Notes: a model not told the origin generated them from the sequence alone. Shown: positions 8,390-18,411, counted from the stretch's first letter. The stretch: 64,000 bases of DNA from Fidelibacterota bacterium (GCA_046861385.1 JBHHTW010000001.1:32001-96000), one strand, 5' to 3'. Made by a program: numbers and translations.

Positions 8390-10986
8390 GCGAGAATAGA
8401 CCTGAGCACCAAGGAACACCCCTTATGCGTCAATATATGGATGTGAAAAAGCAGTACGGTGATGCCATCGTCCTTTTCCGAATGGGTGATTTCTATGAAA
8501 CATTCAGTGAAGATGCCGTCATTACATCAAAAGTATTGGGAATCGTTTTAACAAAGCGCTCCAATGGTGCCGCCGCCCAAGTACCTCTGGCTGGATTTCC
8601 CTATCATGCACTGGATAATTATTTACACAAGTTGGTGAATGCCGGACATCGTGTAGCAATTTGCGAGCAGGTGGAAGACCCGAAATTAGCGAAAGGAATC
8701 GTCAAACGGGAAGTGGTGGAAGTGGTAACGCCGGGAACAATTACGAGTGATGCTGCCTTAAATGAAAAAACAAATCAATATTTAGCGTCTATCCACTTCC
8801 ATCACCAAGATACTGGTTACGCAATTTTGGATCAGTCAACCGGCGAATTGTTCATCGGTGAATGTGCCTTAAACGATTTGACGGAATCACTTAAAAAATA
8901 TGCTCCAAGGGAAATCCTTTTGGCAGAGAATATTGTCTATTCCACTTCAGATTGGTATCGGGAATTAAAACCATTCGTCTCTACGGTAGAAGACTGGGTA
9001 CTGTCCTACGATCAGAGTTTGCGAATTCTTACCGATCATTTTCGGGTACGATCATTAAAAGGATTTGGCTGCGGAAATATGGAGTTGGGCATCACAGCTG
9101 CCGGCGCCATTTTTTACCACGTGAAAAATGAACTCCACGGATCTCTCTCACATGTGACGAACATTAATCCAATATCAGAAGACGGGGTTATGGGTTTGGA
9201 TGGATTTACCCTCCGCAATCTGGAAGTGTTCAAATCATTGGCAACTCAAGGAACCCATGGAACATTAGTGGATCTGCTGGATCAAACGGTGACTAATGGG
9301 GGAGGACGATTGTTGAAACAATGGCTGACTCGACCTTTGACAGACATTGAACGATTGAATGAACGCCTGAATATTGTAGAAAGTTTTGTTAAAAATAAAC
9401 GTTTGCTGAAAAAAATTCTGACTGTTTTGGATGAGGTACTGGACGTTGAGCGAATTCTAGGAAAGATTAATCAAAATAAAGCCAATCCGAGAGATCTTAA
9501 TGGTTTAAAAGAAAGCTTAAAGTGTATACCGAAACTAAAAGAATATTTGAATATAACTGATTTTGAATATTTAGAAATTATTCGGAATTCTTTTGTGAAT
9601 ACACAGGCAGTTGTAGAGTTGATCGAAAGTTCTATCAATGACGAAGTTCCGGCACAGTTACAACAGGGGAATGTTATCCGTGAAGGTATCAGCGTAGAAC
9701 TTGATAACTTGAGAAAACTGGTCAGCGGAGGAAAGCAATGGATTGCAAATATGCAAGAGCAAGAACGGGAAAAAACCGGCATCAGCAGATTAAAGGTAGG
9801 GTTCAATAAAGTCTTCGGCTATTATTTGGAAATATCCAAAACATATCAGGACAAAGTTCCTGATAATTATATACGCAAACAAACCTTAGTGAATTCCGAA
9901 CGGTATATTACCGAAGAATTGAAGGAATATGAGGAAAAAATCTTATCGGCTGAAGAAGATATAATGACAATTGAAACAGAAATATTTAATAATACAAGCC
10001 AAAGTATTCTGGAACAGGCGGATTTGATCCAAACCAATGCGAAAATATTAAACAGACTGGATGTATTGGCTACCTTTTCTCAATTATCTATTCAAAAGAA
10101 GTATTGTAAACCAATATTGGTTGAAGATTCTGTCCTGGATATCAAAGATGGACGTCATCCGGTTGTGGAGAATCTATTGCCTGCTGCGGATCGTTTCATA
10201 GGGAATGATACAAAAATGAATGTCAACCAAAGTCAGATTCACCTTATTACGGGACCGAATATGGCAGGGAAATCCACCTATCTACGTCAAATAGGACTCA
10301 TCGTTCTCATGGCTCAGGTCGGATGCTATGTTCCGGCTAAAAAGGCTACGATAGGCATGGTAGATCGATTATTTACCCGTGTGGGCGCCAGTGATAATCT
10401 GGCCGGTGGAGAAAGTACGTTTCTTGTGGAAATGATTGAAGCAGCTAATATCCTGAATAATGCGACTAACCGAAGTTTGATTCTACTGGATGAGATTGGT
10501 CGGGGAACAGCCACATTTGACGGACTGTCTCTTGCTTGGTCTATTACAGAATATTTACACAATCACAACCCTGTGGCAGCACGAACATTGTTTGCCACTC
10601 ATTATCATGAATTAACAGAATTGGAACACACACTGGAACGATTGGAGAATCACCACGCTGCAGTGAAGGAATTTGGAGATGAAATTGTATTTTTAAAGAA
10701 AATCCACCCCGGCCCAGGGGATAAAAGTTATGGGATACATGTTGCTCAAATGGCGGGTTTGCCCAACAGTATCCTTACTCGGGCGAAAGATATTTTGAGT
10801 CATCATTTAGAAACATCGGAACAATCGGGAACATCCATTCCGCCGCCAGCATCAAAGCAGATATCCATATTTGAAGTGCAGGAAGCCAAATTCAAAAAAG
10901 ACCTTGAAAAGCTCGATGTGAATACCATGACCCCCATTCAGGCTCTGCAAAAACTGGATGAATTGAAAAAGAAACATCGTTTATAA
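8386..10986 (+). CDS. mutS: DNA mismatch repair protein MutS
   Basis: TPLMRQY..K, FRMGDFYE, TGPNMAGKST, DEIGRG, FATHYHEL; GTG start overlapping the selB stop (GTGA). Confidence 0.97.
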   Translation: MSENRPEHQGTPLMRQYMDVKKQYGDAIVLFRMGDFYETFSEDAVITSKVLGIVLTKRSNGAAAQVPLAGFPYHALDNYLHKLVNAGHRVAICEQVEDPKLAKGIVKREVVEVVTPGTITSDAALNEKTNQYLASIHFHHQDTGYAILDQSTGELFIGECALNDLTESLKKYAPREILLAENIVYSTSDWYRELKPFVSTVEDWVLSYDQSLRILTDHFRVRSLKGFGCGNMELGITAAGAIFYHVKNELHGSLSHVTNINPISEDGVMGLDGFTLRNLEVFKSLATQGTHGTLVDLLDQTVTNGGGRLLKQWLTRPLTDIERLNERLNIVESFVKNKRLLKKILTVLDEVLDVERILGKINQNKANPRDLNGLKESLKCIPKLKEYLNITDFEYLEIIRNSFVNTQAVVELIESSINDEVPAQLQQGNVIREGISVELDNLRKLVSGGKQWIANMQEQEREKTGISRLKVGFNKVFGYYLEISKTYQDKVPDNYIRKQTLVNSERYITEELKEYEEKILSAEEDIMTIETEIFNNTSQSILEQADLIQTNAKILNRLDVLATFSQLSIQKKYCKPILVEDSVLDIKDGRHPVVENLLPAADRFIGNDTKMNVNQSQIHLITGPNMAGKSTYLRQIGLIVLMAQVGCYVPAKKATIGMVDRLFTRVGASDNLAGGESTFLVEMIEAANILNNATNRSLILLDEIGRGTATFDGLSLAWSITEYLHNHNPVAARTLFATHYHELTELEHTLERLENHHAAVKEFGDEIVFLKKIHPGPGDKSYGIHVAQMAGLPNSILTRAKDILSHHLETSEQSGTSIPPPASKQISIFEVQEAKFKKDLEKLDVNTMTPIQALQKLDELKKKHRL

Positions 10987-11195
10987 ACCTCCATGTCTGC
11001 CCCGTTTTAATAATTTTATAACTGGTGGACTGACGAAGAAACGCAAAGGAATAAAGAAAATAATAACACCATATCACGAATGATGAAACTTTGGTTATGT
11101 CAAGGAGTTCTCACATAAGACTGTGTTTTGTCGATCAAGTGGCTATTTGTCCAATTGATCGGTGAAGTGGAAATGGTAATGGATCAACAGTAAGA

Positions 11196-12278
11196 ATGAA
11201 AAAACAAAAACATATTTATAAATGCCTGGGATTGATTCATCTATTAATTCTTGGTTTGTTCGTATCATCGATGTGGGCGGAATCCTATTGGGTGAAATAT
11301 GGATGGCAGTCTTTCAAAAATGCCGGTGATGCCCAATCGATTGCCCTAGGACAGGCACTAACAGCTGCATACAGTGGAGCAGCCTCAGTTTTACAAAACC
11401 CTGCTCATGCACACCATTCATATAACCAATATCTATATGCCCATCAAAATAGGTTTGCCGGATTGGTCAATAGCGATTTTCTTGCTTTTCCAACACTTGC
11501 GGGGTTTCAACGTCCTGTTAATGTTGTATTATTTCATGAGGGTGTGAGCAATATTCCCGATACACGAACCGTTCTGCTGGATTGGGGAATCGACGGCATT
11601 CCCGGTACCGGTGATGCCGGAGAAAGCAATGGTCATCTGGATGAAGGAGAACGCCTCGATGCAACTCAGGTATCATTTTTTAAACAATCTCAATGGGGGA
11701 TTCATTTAAGTACGACTTGGAAGGTTAAAAACTGGATCCTGGGAGTGGGGATGAAAGGACTATTTCACTCATTGGCCGAACATTATGCATCTGGAATTGG
11801 GTTTGATTTAGGCGCTACCCGTTCATTTTGGAAAGGGAACACCATTGGGCTGACCCTCACGAATGCAACCACTTCCTGGCTAGTTTGGGAAAATGGCACC
11901 ATTGAACGGTTTTCTCCTGAATTCTATGCTGGTATCTCACAAGAAATTGGATTTGAGCAATTTCCCCTCACTATTAATTTGATGGCTGATGCGGCGCTGA
12001 ATCCTTTCAGCCATGGATTGGAGGATGATTTTCAGTTTGGAGAGACTGGAGGTCGCTATCGGGGAGGATTGGGCATTCGTTATAAAAAATTTACTTTACG
12101 GTTTGGACGGGGATTAAACGCACTCACCAGCGCCGGACTTGGTTTGGATTGGGGACAAGCAGCCATACATTATGCGTTTACCACTGGTGCCAATTCGACA
12201 TTTTTAGGAGATTCCCACCTTTTATCCTTCAGTTTAGAGCCCAAATGGTTGGCCGGTCAACTGGGGAAGATTCTCTGA
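11196..12278 (+). CDS. Putative outer-membrane beta-barrel, PorV/FadL-like
   Basis: Signal peptide; DAQSIALGQALTA...QNPA resembles the PorV/FadL N-terminal motif; GIGFDLG; alternating beta-strand pattern. Confidence 0.55.
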   Translation: MKKQKHIYKCLGLIHLLILGLFVSSMWAESYWVKYGWQSFKNAGDAQSIALGQALTAAYSGAASVLQNPAHAHHSYNQYLYAHQNRFAGLVNSDFLAFPTLAGFQRPVNVVLFHEGVSNIPDTRTVLLDWGIDGIPGTGDAGESNGHLDEGERLDATQVSFFKQSQWGIHLSTTWKVKNWILGVGMKGLFHSLAEHYASGIGFDLGATRSFWKGNTIGLTLTNATTSWLVWENGTIERFSPEFYAGISQEIGFEQFPLTINLMADAALNPFSHGLEDDFQFGETGGRYRGGLGIRYKKFTLRFGRGLNALTSAGLGLDWGQAAIHYAFTTGANSTFLGDSHLLSFSLEPKWLAGQLGKIL

Positions 12279-12282
12279 TGAA

Positions 12283-12401
12283 TGGTGAGTGGTAACTGGT
12301 GAGTGGTAACTGGTGAATGGTAACTGGTGAATGGTAACTGGTGAATGGTAACTGGTGACTGGTGACTGGTAACTGGTAACTGGTGAATGGTGAATGGTCA
12401 G
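12283..12401. repeat. Heptamer tandem array, 17 x TGGTNAN
   Basis: tggtgag tggtaac tggtgag tggtaac tggtgaa tggtaac ... tggtcag, read directly. Confidence 0.97.
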
Positions 12402-12581
12402 AAATGTTTTAATCCCGGTTGATGATATAAACTAAAATGAGGTTAATTTAAGCAGTGAAATCTTCTACAATAATACTATGGATACCCCTGATCGTTATTG
12501 CGATATTGAGTATCATAAAGTTAATCAAAAAACGTGAAAGTTCTGGAAAACCTTGGATCAGAATAGAGGAAATAGATAAAG

Positions 12582-13322
12582 ATGAATAGTCATTTAGCAT
12601 TGAGATCAGGGAATCCTGCGCTTCAATCCAATACCTTTAAAAAACATTTTGCAGCAGCCAGTGAAGGCGCAATGACGCTAGAGGGTACAGTCCGAAAAAC
12701 AGCCATTTCGCTCATTTTACTGATGACAACAGCATTAATGACATGGAATAATCCCAATCTCGGTGTATTTATGATACCAGGTGTAATTATAGGTTTTATT
12801 TTGGCGATGATCACTGTTTTTAAACCCACAGCTGCACCCATCACCGTCCCTCTTTATGCATTAGCAGAAGGACTCTTTTTAGGAGGCATTTCCCGTATTT
12901 TTGAACAATCATATCCCGGTATTGCCGTTCAGGCGATTTTCCTGACCTTTGGTACTTTGGGGGCATTGCTCTTGGCGTATATGTCCGGACTGATCAAAGC
13001 GACCGAAAATTTCAAACTGGGTGTGGTGGCAGCCACCGGCGGTATCGCTATCCTTTATTTTATCAATTTTATTATGGGAATTTTTGGATCAGGGATCGGT
13101 GTGATTCATGGTAATTCCATGATGGGAATCCTATTCAGCGGATTTGTGGTCGTCATTGCTGCCTTGAATCTGGTGTTGGATTTTGATTTTATTGAGGAAG
13201 GGGCAGAAATGGGTGCCCCTAAATATATGGAATGGTATGGTGCCTTTGGGTTATTGGTAACATTAATCTGGCTCTATTTGGAGATATTGCGTCTGTTGGC
13301 AAAACTTCAAAGCAGGAGATGA
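12582..13322 (+). CDS. Bax inhibitor-1/YccA-like membrane protein
   Basis: MTLEGTVRKT, LVLDFDFIE.G...GAPKYMEWYGAFGLLVTLIWLYLEILRLL. Confidence 0.9.
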   Translation: MNSHLALRSGNPALQSNTFKKHFAAASEGAMTLEGTVRKTAISLILLMTTALMTWNNPNLGVFMIPGVIIGFILAMITVFKPTAAPITVPLYALAEGLFLGGISRIFEQSYPGIAVQAIFLTFGTLGALLLAYMSGLIKATENFKLGVVAATGGIAILYFINFIMGIFGSGIGVIHGNSMMGILFSGFVVVIAALNLVLDFDFIEEGAEMGAPKYMEWYGAFGLLVTLIWLYLEILRLLAKLQSRR

Positions 13323-13325
13323 AAT

Positions 13326-13395
13326 TAGTGACTGGTAACTGGTAAGTGGTAGCTGGTAAGTGGTAGCTGGTAAGTGGTAAGTGGTAACTGGTGGT
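13326..13395. repeat. Heptamer tandem array TGGTA(AC/AG/GC)
   Basis: 8 clean units at 13333-13388 plus degenerate flanks tagtgac and tggtggt. Confidence 0.95.
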
Positions 13396-13441
13396 GTGGT
13401 TACTATCGCCTGAATATACATAATGGAAACCTGAAAACCGG

Positions 13442-13951
13442 TTGGGAAATAAACCGATGAATAACATGCAAAATGAACTCAATAAAAACGATAATAAAAA
13501 ACAGCTCAGGGAGTGTGTAAAAGCAATTGGTGGAAAAAATTACTTTCTTCAACTCCTGGAAGCTATACGTGAAACACCCCCCCATCCACTCATGGCAAAA
13601 AATGCAGAATTTCATTTTTCTATCGGCACTATTAAATGGAAAAAAGTGATCTATAAAGATAAAGTCCATTTATTATTATCGATGGTTAAGGGTAACCAAA
13701 ATAATGGAAATCTTATGCCAAAAAAGGGGGATAAAGGGTATAAAACAAAAATGAATTTGCTTCGAACTTTAGGGCCGATGGAGTTTATAGTTCACCCTAA
13801 AAACGCCAAAGATGGTGATGGCTTTATCCTACGTCCATTTGACATAGTTAATAAAGATACAACACGATTAAATTATATGTTCAATGCAATATTTTTTGCC
13901 CCGATTCATTCTGTAAAAAAGGAGCTTACAGCTAAAGAGTCATACAAATAA
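13442..13951 (+). CDS. Hypothetical basic protein
   Basis: 169 aa ORF filling the interval; no recognised motif; start may be 13458 or 13467. Confidence 0.65.
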   Translation: MGNKPMNNMQNELNKNDNKKQLRECVKAIGGKNYFLQLLEAIRETPPHPLMAKNAEFHFSIGTIKWKKVIYKDKVHLLLSMVKGNQNNGNLMPKKGDKGYKTKMNLLRTLGPMEFIVHPKNAKDGDGFILRPFDIVNKDTTRLNYMFNAIFFAPIHSVKKELTAKESYK

Positions 13952-14037
13952 TGTGAAACTTTTACTCAAATGATGAGCGTACCTGCATTACAATCTATAT
14001 AGCGCAGCGGCTCGCTGTTCATGCGCAAAAGGAATGA

Positions 14038-14245
14038 TACTAGTGGAGCAGTCGCAACCAATCTGAAATAGATTATATAATTTCTTTAAACGGTATTATG
14101 ACATTAAAGCAAAATAAGTATCAATGCTTAAAATAAAATTTTAAAGGTTTATCAAGCCAAATATTTTCCGAAAGTTTCTTTGAGAACTACGCTTCGAAAT
14201 CTTATCAAAGACAATCATATTATCAATATTCCTTTATATGCATGA
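14038..14245 (+). pseudogene. Remnant of the C-terminus of an AAA+ ATPase/DUF4143-type gene
   Basis: Y*WSSRNQSEIDYIISLNG (from 14038), then in a shifted frame LKVYQAKYFPKVSLRTTLRNLIKDNHIINIPLYA* (14141-14245); resembles the YYW...EVDF...K...IPLY tail of this family. Confidence 0.6.
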
Positions 14246-14424
14246 TCACAACTGAAAGTAATTGTTGAACAGAATAATGGATTAACTATCCATTTCAGAA
14301 ATAGAATATAGTGTAAAAAATAATATCAACCTGTTTCCACTGTAAGACCGCCGCGAATATGCCTACAAATTATTTTGCGTGAGCAGGCGGGCATTTTAAT
14401 TAATGATATTTTATACGATTCCAA

Positions 14425-15828
14425 TCACCGCGTTCCTTGTGGATTATTACTTTTGAAACCCTCAAAGGGAAAAGTATTGGGAGTAACGACAGTCCCTGTA
14501 GTAAATGTAAAAGGCAGGTCAGAATCCGGATTGAATGTGACTTCCAATAATCCGCTCTTATATCCCTTTTCTGCTGTGGAGACAACTACACCATATCGCC
14601 CATTTTCGTTTTTTGGAATCTCCATAGATGTCCAGGTGCGATCAATAGCCCAAATTCTAAAATCACGTCCATTTTCATTGGTTGCCTCCCATTGCTTCAC
14701 CGTATAATCAGAATTCATTGAATGGTCTATATTCAAAAAGATTGAGTCCCCTTTTACTGACCAGTCGAATTTGGGTAAATCCGTTTCAGATATGACTGCT
14801 TTATAAAATGCCAATAGGCTGCGCAAGTTATAATCACCGTCTAAATCCCGAAGGCTGTGATTAGCGTTCGGAATGTATTGTATGTATTTACTGCCAATTA
14901 AATCATCCCAGTAAAATTGCCAGGAGTCCGTCACAAAAAATTCATCTCCGGTTGCATTAATGAGAAATTTGGGTAAGTCCAGCTCCCGGATGAAGGAAAA
15001 AGGCTCAACAATTTCCATTAATCGGGCAAACTCGCGGGACCCCATCCAATCCATAATGCCTTCATGCACATAATCCTCTACGGCAGGCGACCACTCTCCA
15101 TAACATTTCCAATGGTGATTAAACGACGGAACAATATTCAGCATATCAATCACAATGGGAATAATGGCCATGACCCGATCATCAGCAATGGCTGTTGTCC
15201 ATGTTGTCCAACCCCGTTTGGAGGCACCGGTTGTTACAAAGCGGTGAATCGGTTTCCCTTCATATTCGGCTACTTTTTGGACTACATCCATCCCTTTTGA
15301 TACTGCTTTTGTCATTGGCAGTCTTGCCAGCCATTCTGCATCCTTATCTTGAGCACCACCCTCAAAAAATTGTCGCCATCCAAAGGAGATTAGTTCATCT
15401 TCGACCCGCTCGCCAAAATCATCATGTTTAAAAACCAACGGCTGAAAAGGGATGTTAGATATTTCAGCAATAATGGATTTTGTTGCGATGGCAGCTTGAA
15501 CCAAGGCTGAATCAGCAGAATCGGGCATTTTTCTTTTATTGTTTCCACCGCCAATGACCATAAGGGCTTCCGTCTCTTCAACTTCATTTGGAACAATGAT
15601 TGTTAGCCAATGCCACCACTCCACCTGATCGACTTCCTTAGATGATAACCACCTTTGAGATGTCATTTTGATGATATATTCCATCCAGGTTTCCCCTTCA
15701 ACTACCTTTTTTATTTCATATTGAAATGCAGTATCTTCCTTCTGAACATAATCTCGTAAAATTGAATTCTGTTTTTCACATGATGAAAGAAGTAAAATTG
15801 ATACAATTAAGATGGAAATTTTTCTCAT
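14425..15828 (-). CDS. PqaA-family (PhoPQ-activated pathogenicity-related) alpha/beta-hydrolase-like lipoprotein
   Basis: Lipobox LSSC; MTSQRW, WWHWLTI, RLPMTKA, GASKRGWTTW, ATGDEFF, PNANH. Confidence 0.85.
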   Translation of the reverse strand: MRKISILIVSILLLSSCEKQNSILRDYVQKEDTAFQYEIKKVVEGETWMEYIIKMTSQRWLSSKEVDQVEWWHWLTIIVPNEVEETEALMVIGGGNNKRKMPDSADSALVQAAIATKSIIAEISNIPFQPLVFKHDDFGERVEDELISFGWRQFFEGGAQDKDAEWLARLPMTKAVSKGMDVVQKVAEYEGKPIHRFVTTGASKRGWTTWTTAIADDRVMAIIPIVIDMLNIVPSFNHHWKCYGEWSPAVEDYVHEGIMDWMGSREFARLMEIVEPFSFIRELDLPKFLINATGDEFFVTDSWQFYWDDLIGSKYIQYIPNANHSLRDLDGDYNLRSLLAFYKAVISETDLPKFDWSVKGDSIFLNIDHSMNSDYTVKQWEATNENGRDFRIWAIDRTWTSMEIPKNENGRYGVVVSTAEKGYKSGLLEVTFNPDSDLPFTFTTGTVVTPNTFPFEGFKSNNPQGTR

Positions 15829-15943
15829 AGGTCGGCAGTCCGCTTTGGGTTATTGTTTGTTAAATTTATTTATTCAATATGGGAATATAATGAATTCGAG
15901 AAAGACTATTTCCAAATGAAATTACAATCAGGAAAAGAATAAA

Positions 15944-16291
15944 TTGATTGATATACCTGAACAGGATGATGATTTACTGAAAGAATGTCGAATAGACACG
16001 TATCGTTCAAGCGGGAAAGGAGGGCAGCATGTCAATAAAACGGAAAGTGCTGTACGGTTAACTCATTATCCAACGGGAATAGTAGTCACTTGTCAGGATG
16101 AGCGCAGCCAACACAGGAATAAACAAATTGCCTTAGAGCGATTACGGGATAAATTGACTGCCATCAACCGAAGACCCAAAAAGAGAATCAAAACCAAAAA
16201 ACCAGTCTCCGCGCACAATAAAAGAATCAAAGCGAAAAAGCAGCAATCAGAAAAAAAACATCGACGTCAAAAACCAGATTTGGATGAATAA
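15944..16291 (+). CDS. Short GGQ peptidyl-tRNA hydrolase (ArfB-like ribosome rescue factor)
   Basis: [30 protein letters not shown], basic C-terminal tail. Confidence 0.85.
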   Translation: MIDIPEQDDDLLKECRIDTYRSSGKGGQHVNKTESAVRLTHYPTGIVVTCQDERSQHRNKQIALERLRDKLTAINRRPKKRIKTKKPVSAHNKRIKAKKQQSEKKHRRQKPDLDE

Positions 16292-16708
16292 ATAATCGTT
16301 TAGCCGGTCATTCACTTTGAAGTGGTCGGAACGAAAGAACAAGGATTGAAAACCTCCTTCTGAATGGAAAATTTATTGAAGAAATTTTAAACTGGAAGCA
16401 TGTTTGTTGAGCAATATAGAAAAATCCATATTAATCTTAAGAGGCTTATACGACACCTGTCATTTTTCGATTGAATATAAATAGCGCTGATTTCCTGTCC
16501 AAAATGTAAACTCCCCATTTCACCAGAGAAACCTCACATAGACCAACATCCTTTAGGAAAGGTCGAATAACGAATAGAAGTCTCTAGATTATTTATCAGG
16601 TAAATGTGATAAAAAAATGATGAAAATGATGTAATACATATTTGGGAGGGATAGAGAAATACGTGTAAATTCCCTGACTTTTCCAGAATAATAAATAGCA
16701 AAATAATA

Positions 16709-17569
16709 ATGTTAAAAAGTATGACAGGTTTCGGCCGCGGGACATCGGGAAATGGCAATTCGGTTGTTTCGGTGAATGTAAAATCTTACAACGCCCGATT
16801 TCTTGAAATGAAGGTTAGAGGTCTTTCATTGGCACCTGAATTGGAAGCATCGGTTCGCGAAAAAATAACCAAATTATTGATTCGCGGGACGGTTCATATA
16901 TCTGTTGAAAGACAACTGGAAAATGGATCAGAGAATTTTCAGTTTAACCGTCAGAAATTTGAAACAATGGAAAAAATCATACAGAGTGTTCAAAAAGAAT
17001 ACGGACGCTCACTTGATTTAAGTAGTCTACTCTCTTCGGATGATCTTTTTGTAAAAAGTCAGGAACAGGAAACATCAAAAGAAGATTTACTGAGTGCGTT
17101 AAACAAAGCCCTGGATCAAGTCAAGTCCATGAGGAATAAGGAAGGTCAAGCGATATACGCAGACTCAACGGATCGATTAAATCGATTGTTGGATATGACG
17201 TCCAAAATTGAAGAATTATCAGCTGATTTCGTAAAGGAGCAAAGAGATAAAATGCATCGGCGATTATCGGAATTAATCGATAATGTTTCTATTGATGAAA
17301 ATCGCCTTGCACAGGAGGTTGCTTTTTTAGCAGACCGATCAGATATTTCAGAAGAATTAGTACGCATTCGTAGTCATATAGAACAATACAAACATTTAAC
17401 TGAATTGAGTGAACCCGTAGGAAAACGACTTTCATTTTTAATTCAGGAGCTAGGTCGGGAAATTAATACTATTGGTTCGAAAACGGGTACAAGCAGTATT
17501 ATTAATACAGTAGTTGAATTCAAGAATCAATTGGAAAAAATCAGGGAACAAGCACAAAACATACTATGA
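16709..17569 (+). CDS. yicC: YicC/YloC family endoribonuclease
   Basis: SMTGFG, DISEELVR, GKRLSFLIQE.GREINTIGSK, EKIREQAQNI. Confidence 0.93.
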   Translation: MLKSMTGFGRGTSGNGNSVVSVNVKSYNARFLEMKVRGLSLAPELEASVREKITKLLIRGTVHISVERQLENGSENFQFNRQKFETMEKIIQSVQKEYGRSLDLSSLLSSDDLFVKSQEQETSKEDLLSALNKALDQVKSMRNKEGQAIYADSTDRLNRLLDMTSKIEELSADFVKEQRDKMHRRLSELIDNVSIDENRLAQEVAFLADRSDISEELVRIRSHIEQYKHLTELSEPVGKRLSFLIQELGREINTIGSKTGTSSIINTVVEFKNQLEKIREQAQNIL

Positions 17570-18174
17570 AAAATCTCGTGATCATATCTGCTCCCTCCGG
17601 CGCCGGTAAAACAACCATCTGCCGAGCCCTCCAGGAAAATGCCGACGTAAAATTTTCCATTTCATGTACAACACGGGAAAGAAGAAATTACGAAGTTGAA
17701 GGTGTAGATTATTATTTCATTACCGATGATGATTTCCAATACCGCCTTAGTAATGACGAGTTTGTGGAAACAGAAAATGTCCACGGTTTTATGTATGGTA
17801 CATTGAAAGAATCTATCGATTATGCCATATCAGCGAGAGAAATTTTATTATTTGAAGTGGATGTAAAAGGCGCCATGTCCATAAAAAATCTTTACCCGGA
17901 ACAAACAATATCGATTTTTATATTACCCCCCAGTTTCGAGGACCTAAAAGAACGTTTGATTAAGCGCGGGACTGATTCAAGAGCTCGAATTGCCAAGCGA
18001 TTAGAACGGCTGGATATTGAAATAGGCTACAAAGATCAATTTGATTATACAGTCATTAATGACAGTATTTTCCGTGCTACATCCAAAATTATATCAATCA
18101 TTAACAAACAAAATGAAGGAGTACTTCATGTCAATAAAAACCATATCAATGCGCGAGATGGAAAAGCAATCTGA
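17566..18174 (+). CDS. gmk: Guanylate kinase
   Basis: SAPSGAGKTT, SCTTR..R..EVEGVDYYF. Confidence 0.95.
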   Translation: MKNLVIISAPSGAGKTTICRALQENADVKFSISCTTRERRNYEVEGVDYYFITDDDFQYRLSNDEFVETENVHGFMYGTLKESIDYAISAREILLFEVDVKGAMSIKNLYPEQTISIFILPPSFEDLKERLIKRGTDSRARIAKRLERLDIEIGYKDQFDYTVINDSIFRATSKIISIINKQNEGVLHVNKNHINARDGKAI

Positions 18175-18409
18175 GGATATTTATGAGTCAGTAATTGTTA
18201 TGTCCAATCGGGCACGTCAAATCAATCGTAATCGCTTCATGGATGCTGCTATCAGGGATGCCGAAGAGTCAGAAATGGGTGTATTTGATGAACTTCCTCC
18301 GGAACCTAAAGAAAATTATGAAGAAGAAATTAAATCAACTACTCAAGCATTGGATGAATTTATCGCCGGTAAATTAACATGGCGGCACTCTGATGAAATA
18401 GAACTTTAA
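18128..18409 (+). CDS. rpoZ: RNA polymerase omega subunit (FCB-type)
   Basis: DIYESVIVMSNRARQIN...KSTTQALDEF..GKL; follows gmk. Confidence 0.75.
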   Translation: MSIKTISMREMEKQSEDIYESVIVMSNRARQINRNRFMDAAIRDAEESEMGVFDELPPEPKENYEEEIKSTTQALDEFIAGKLTWRHSDEIEL

Positions 18410-18411
18410 CT

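Noticed and set aside
12283-12401. CRISPR or coding repeat
   Set aside because: 7-nt units with no spacers and frequent stop codons on the + strand; it is a short tandem array.
16481-16570. Zinc-ribbon-like peptide IALISCPKCKLPIS...
   Set aside because: Only one CxxC, no standard start codon and 29 codons long; too weak to call.
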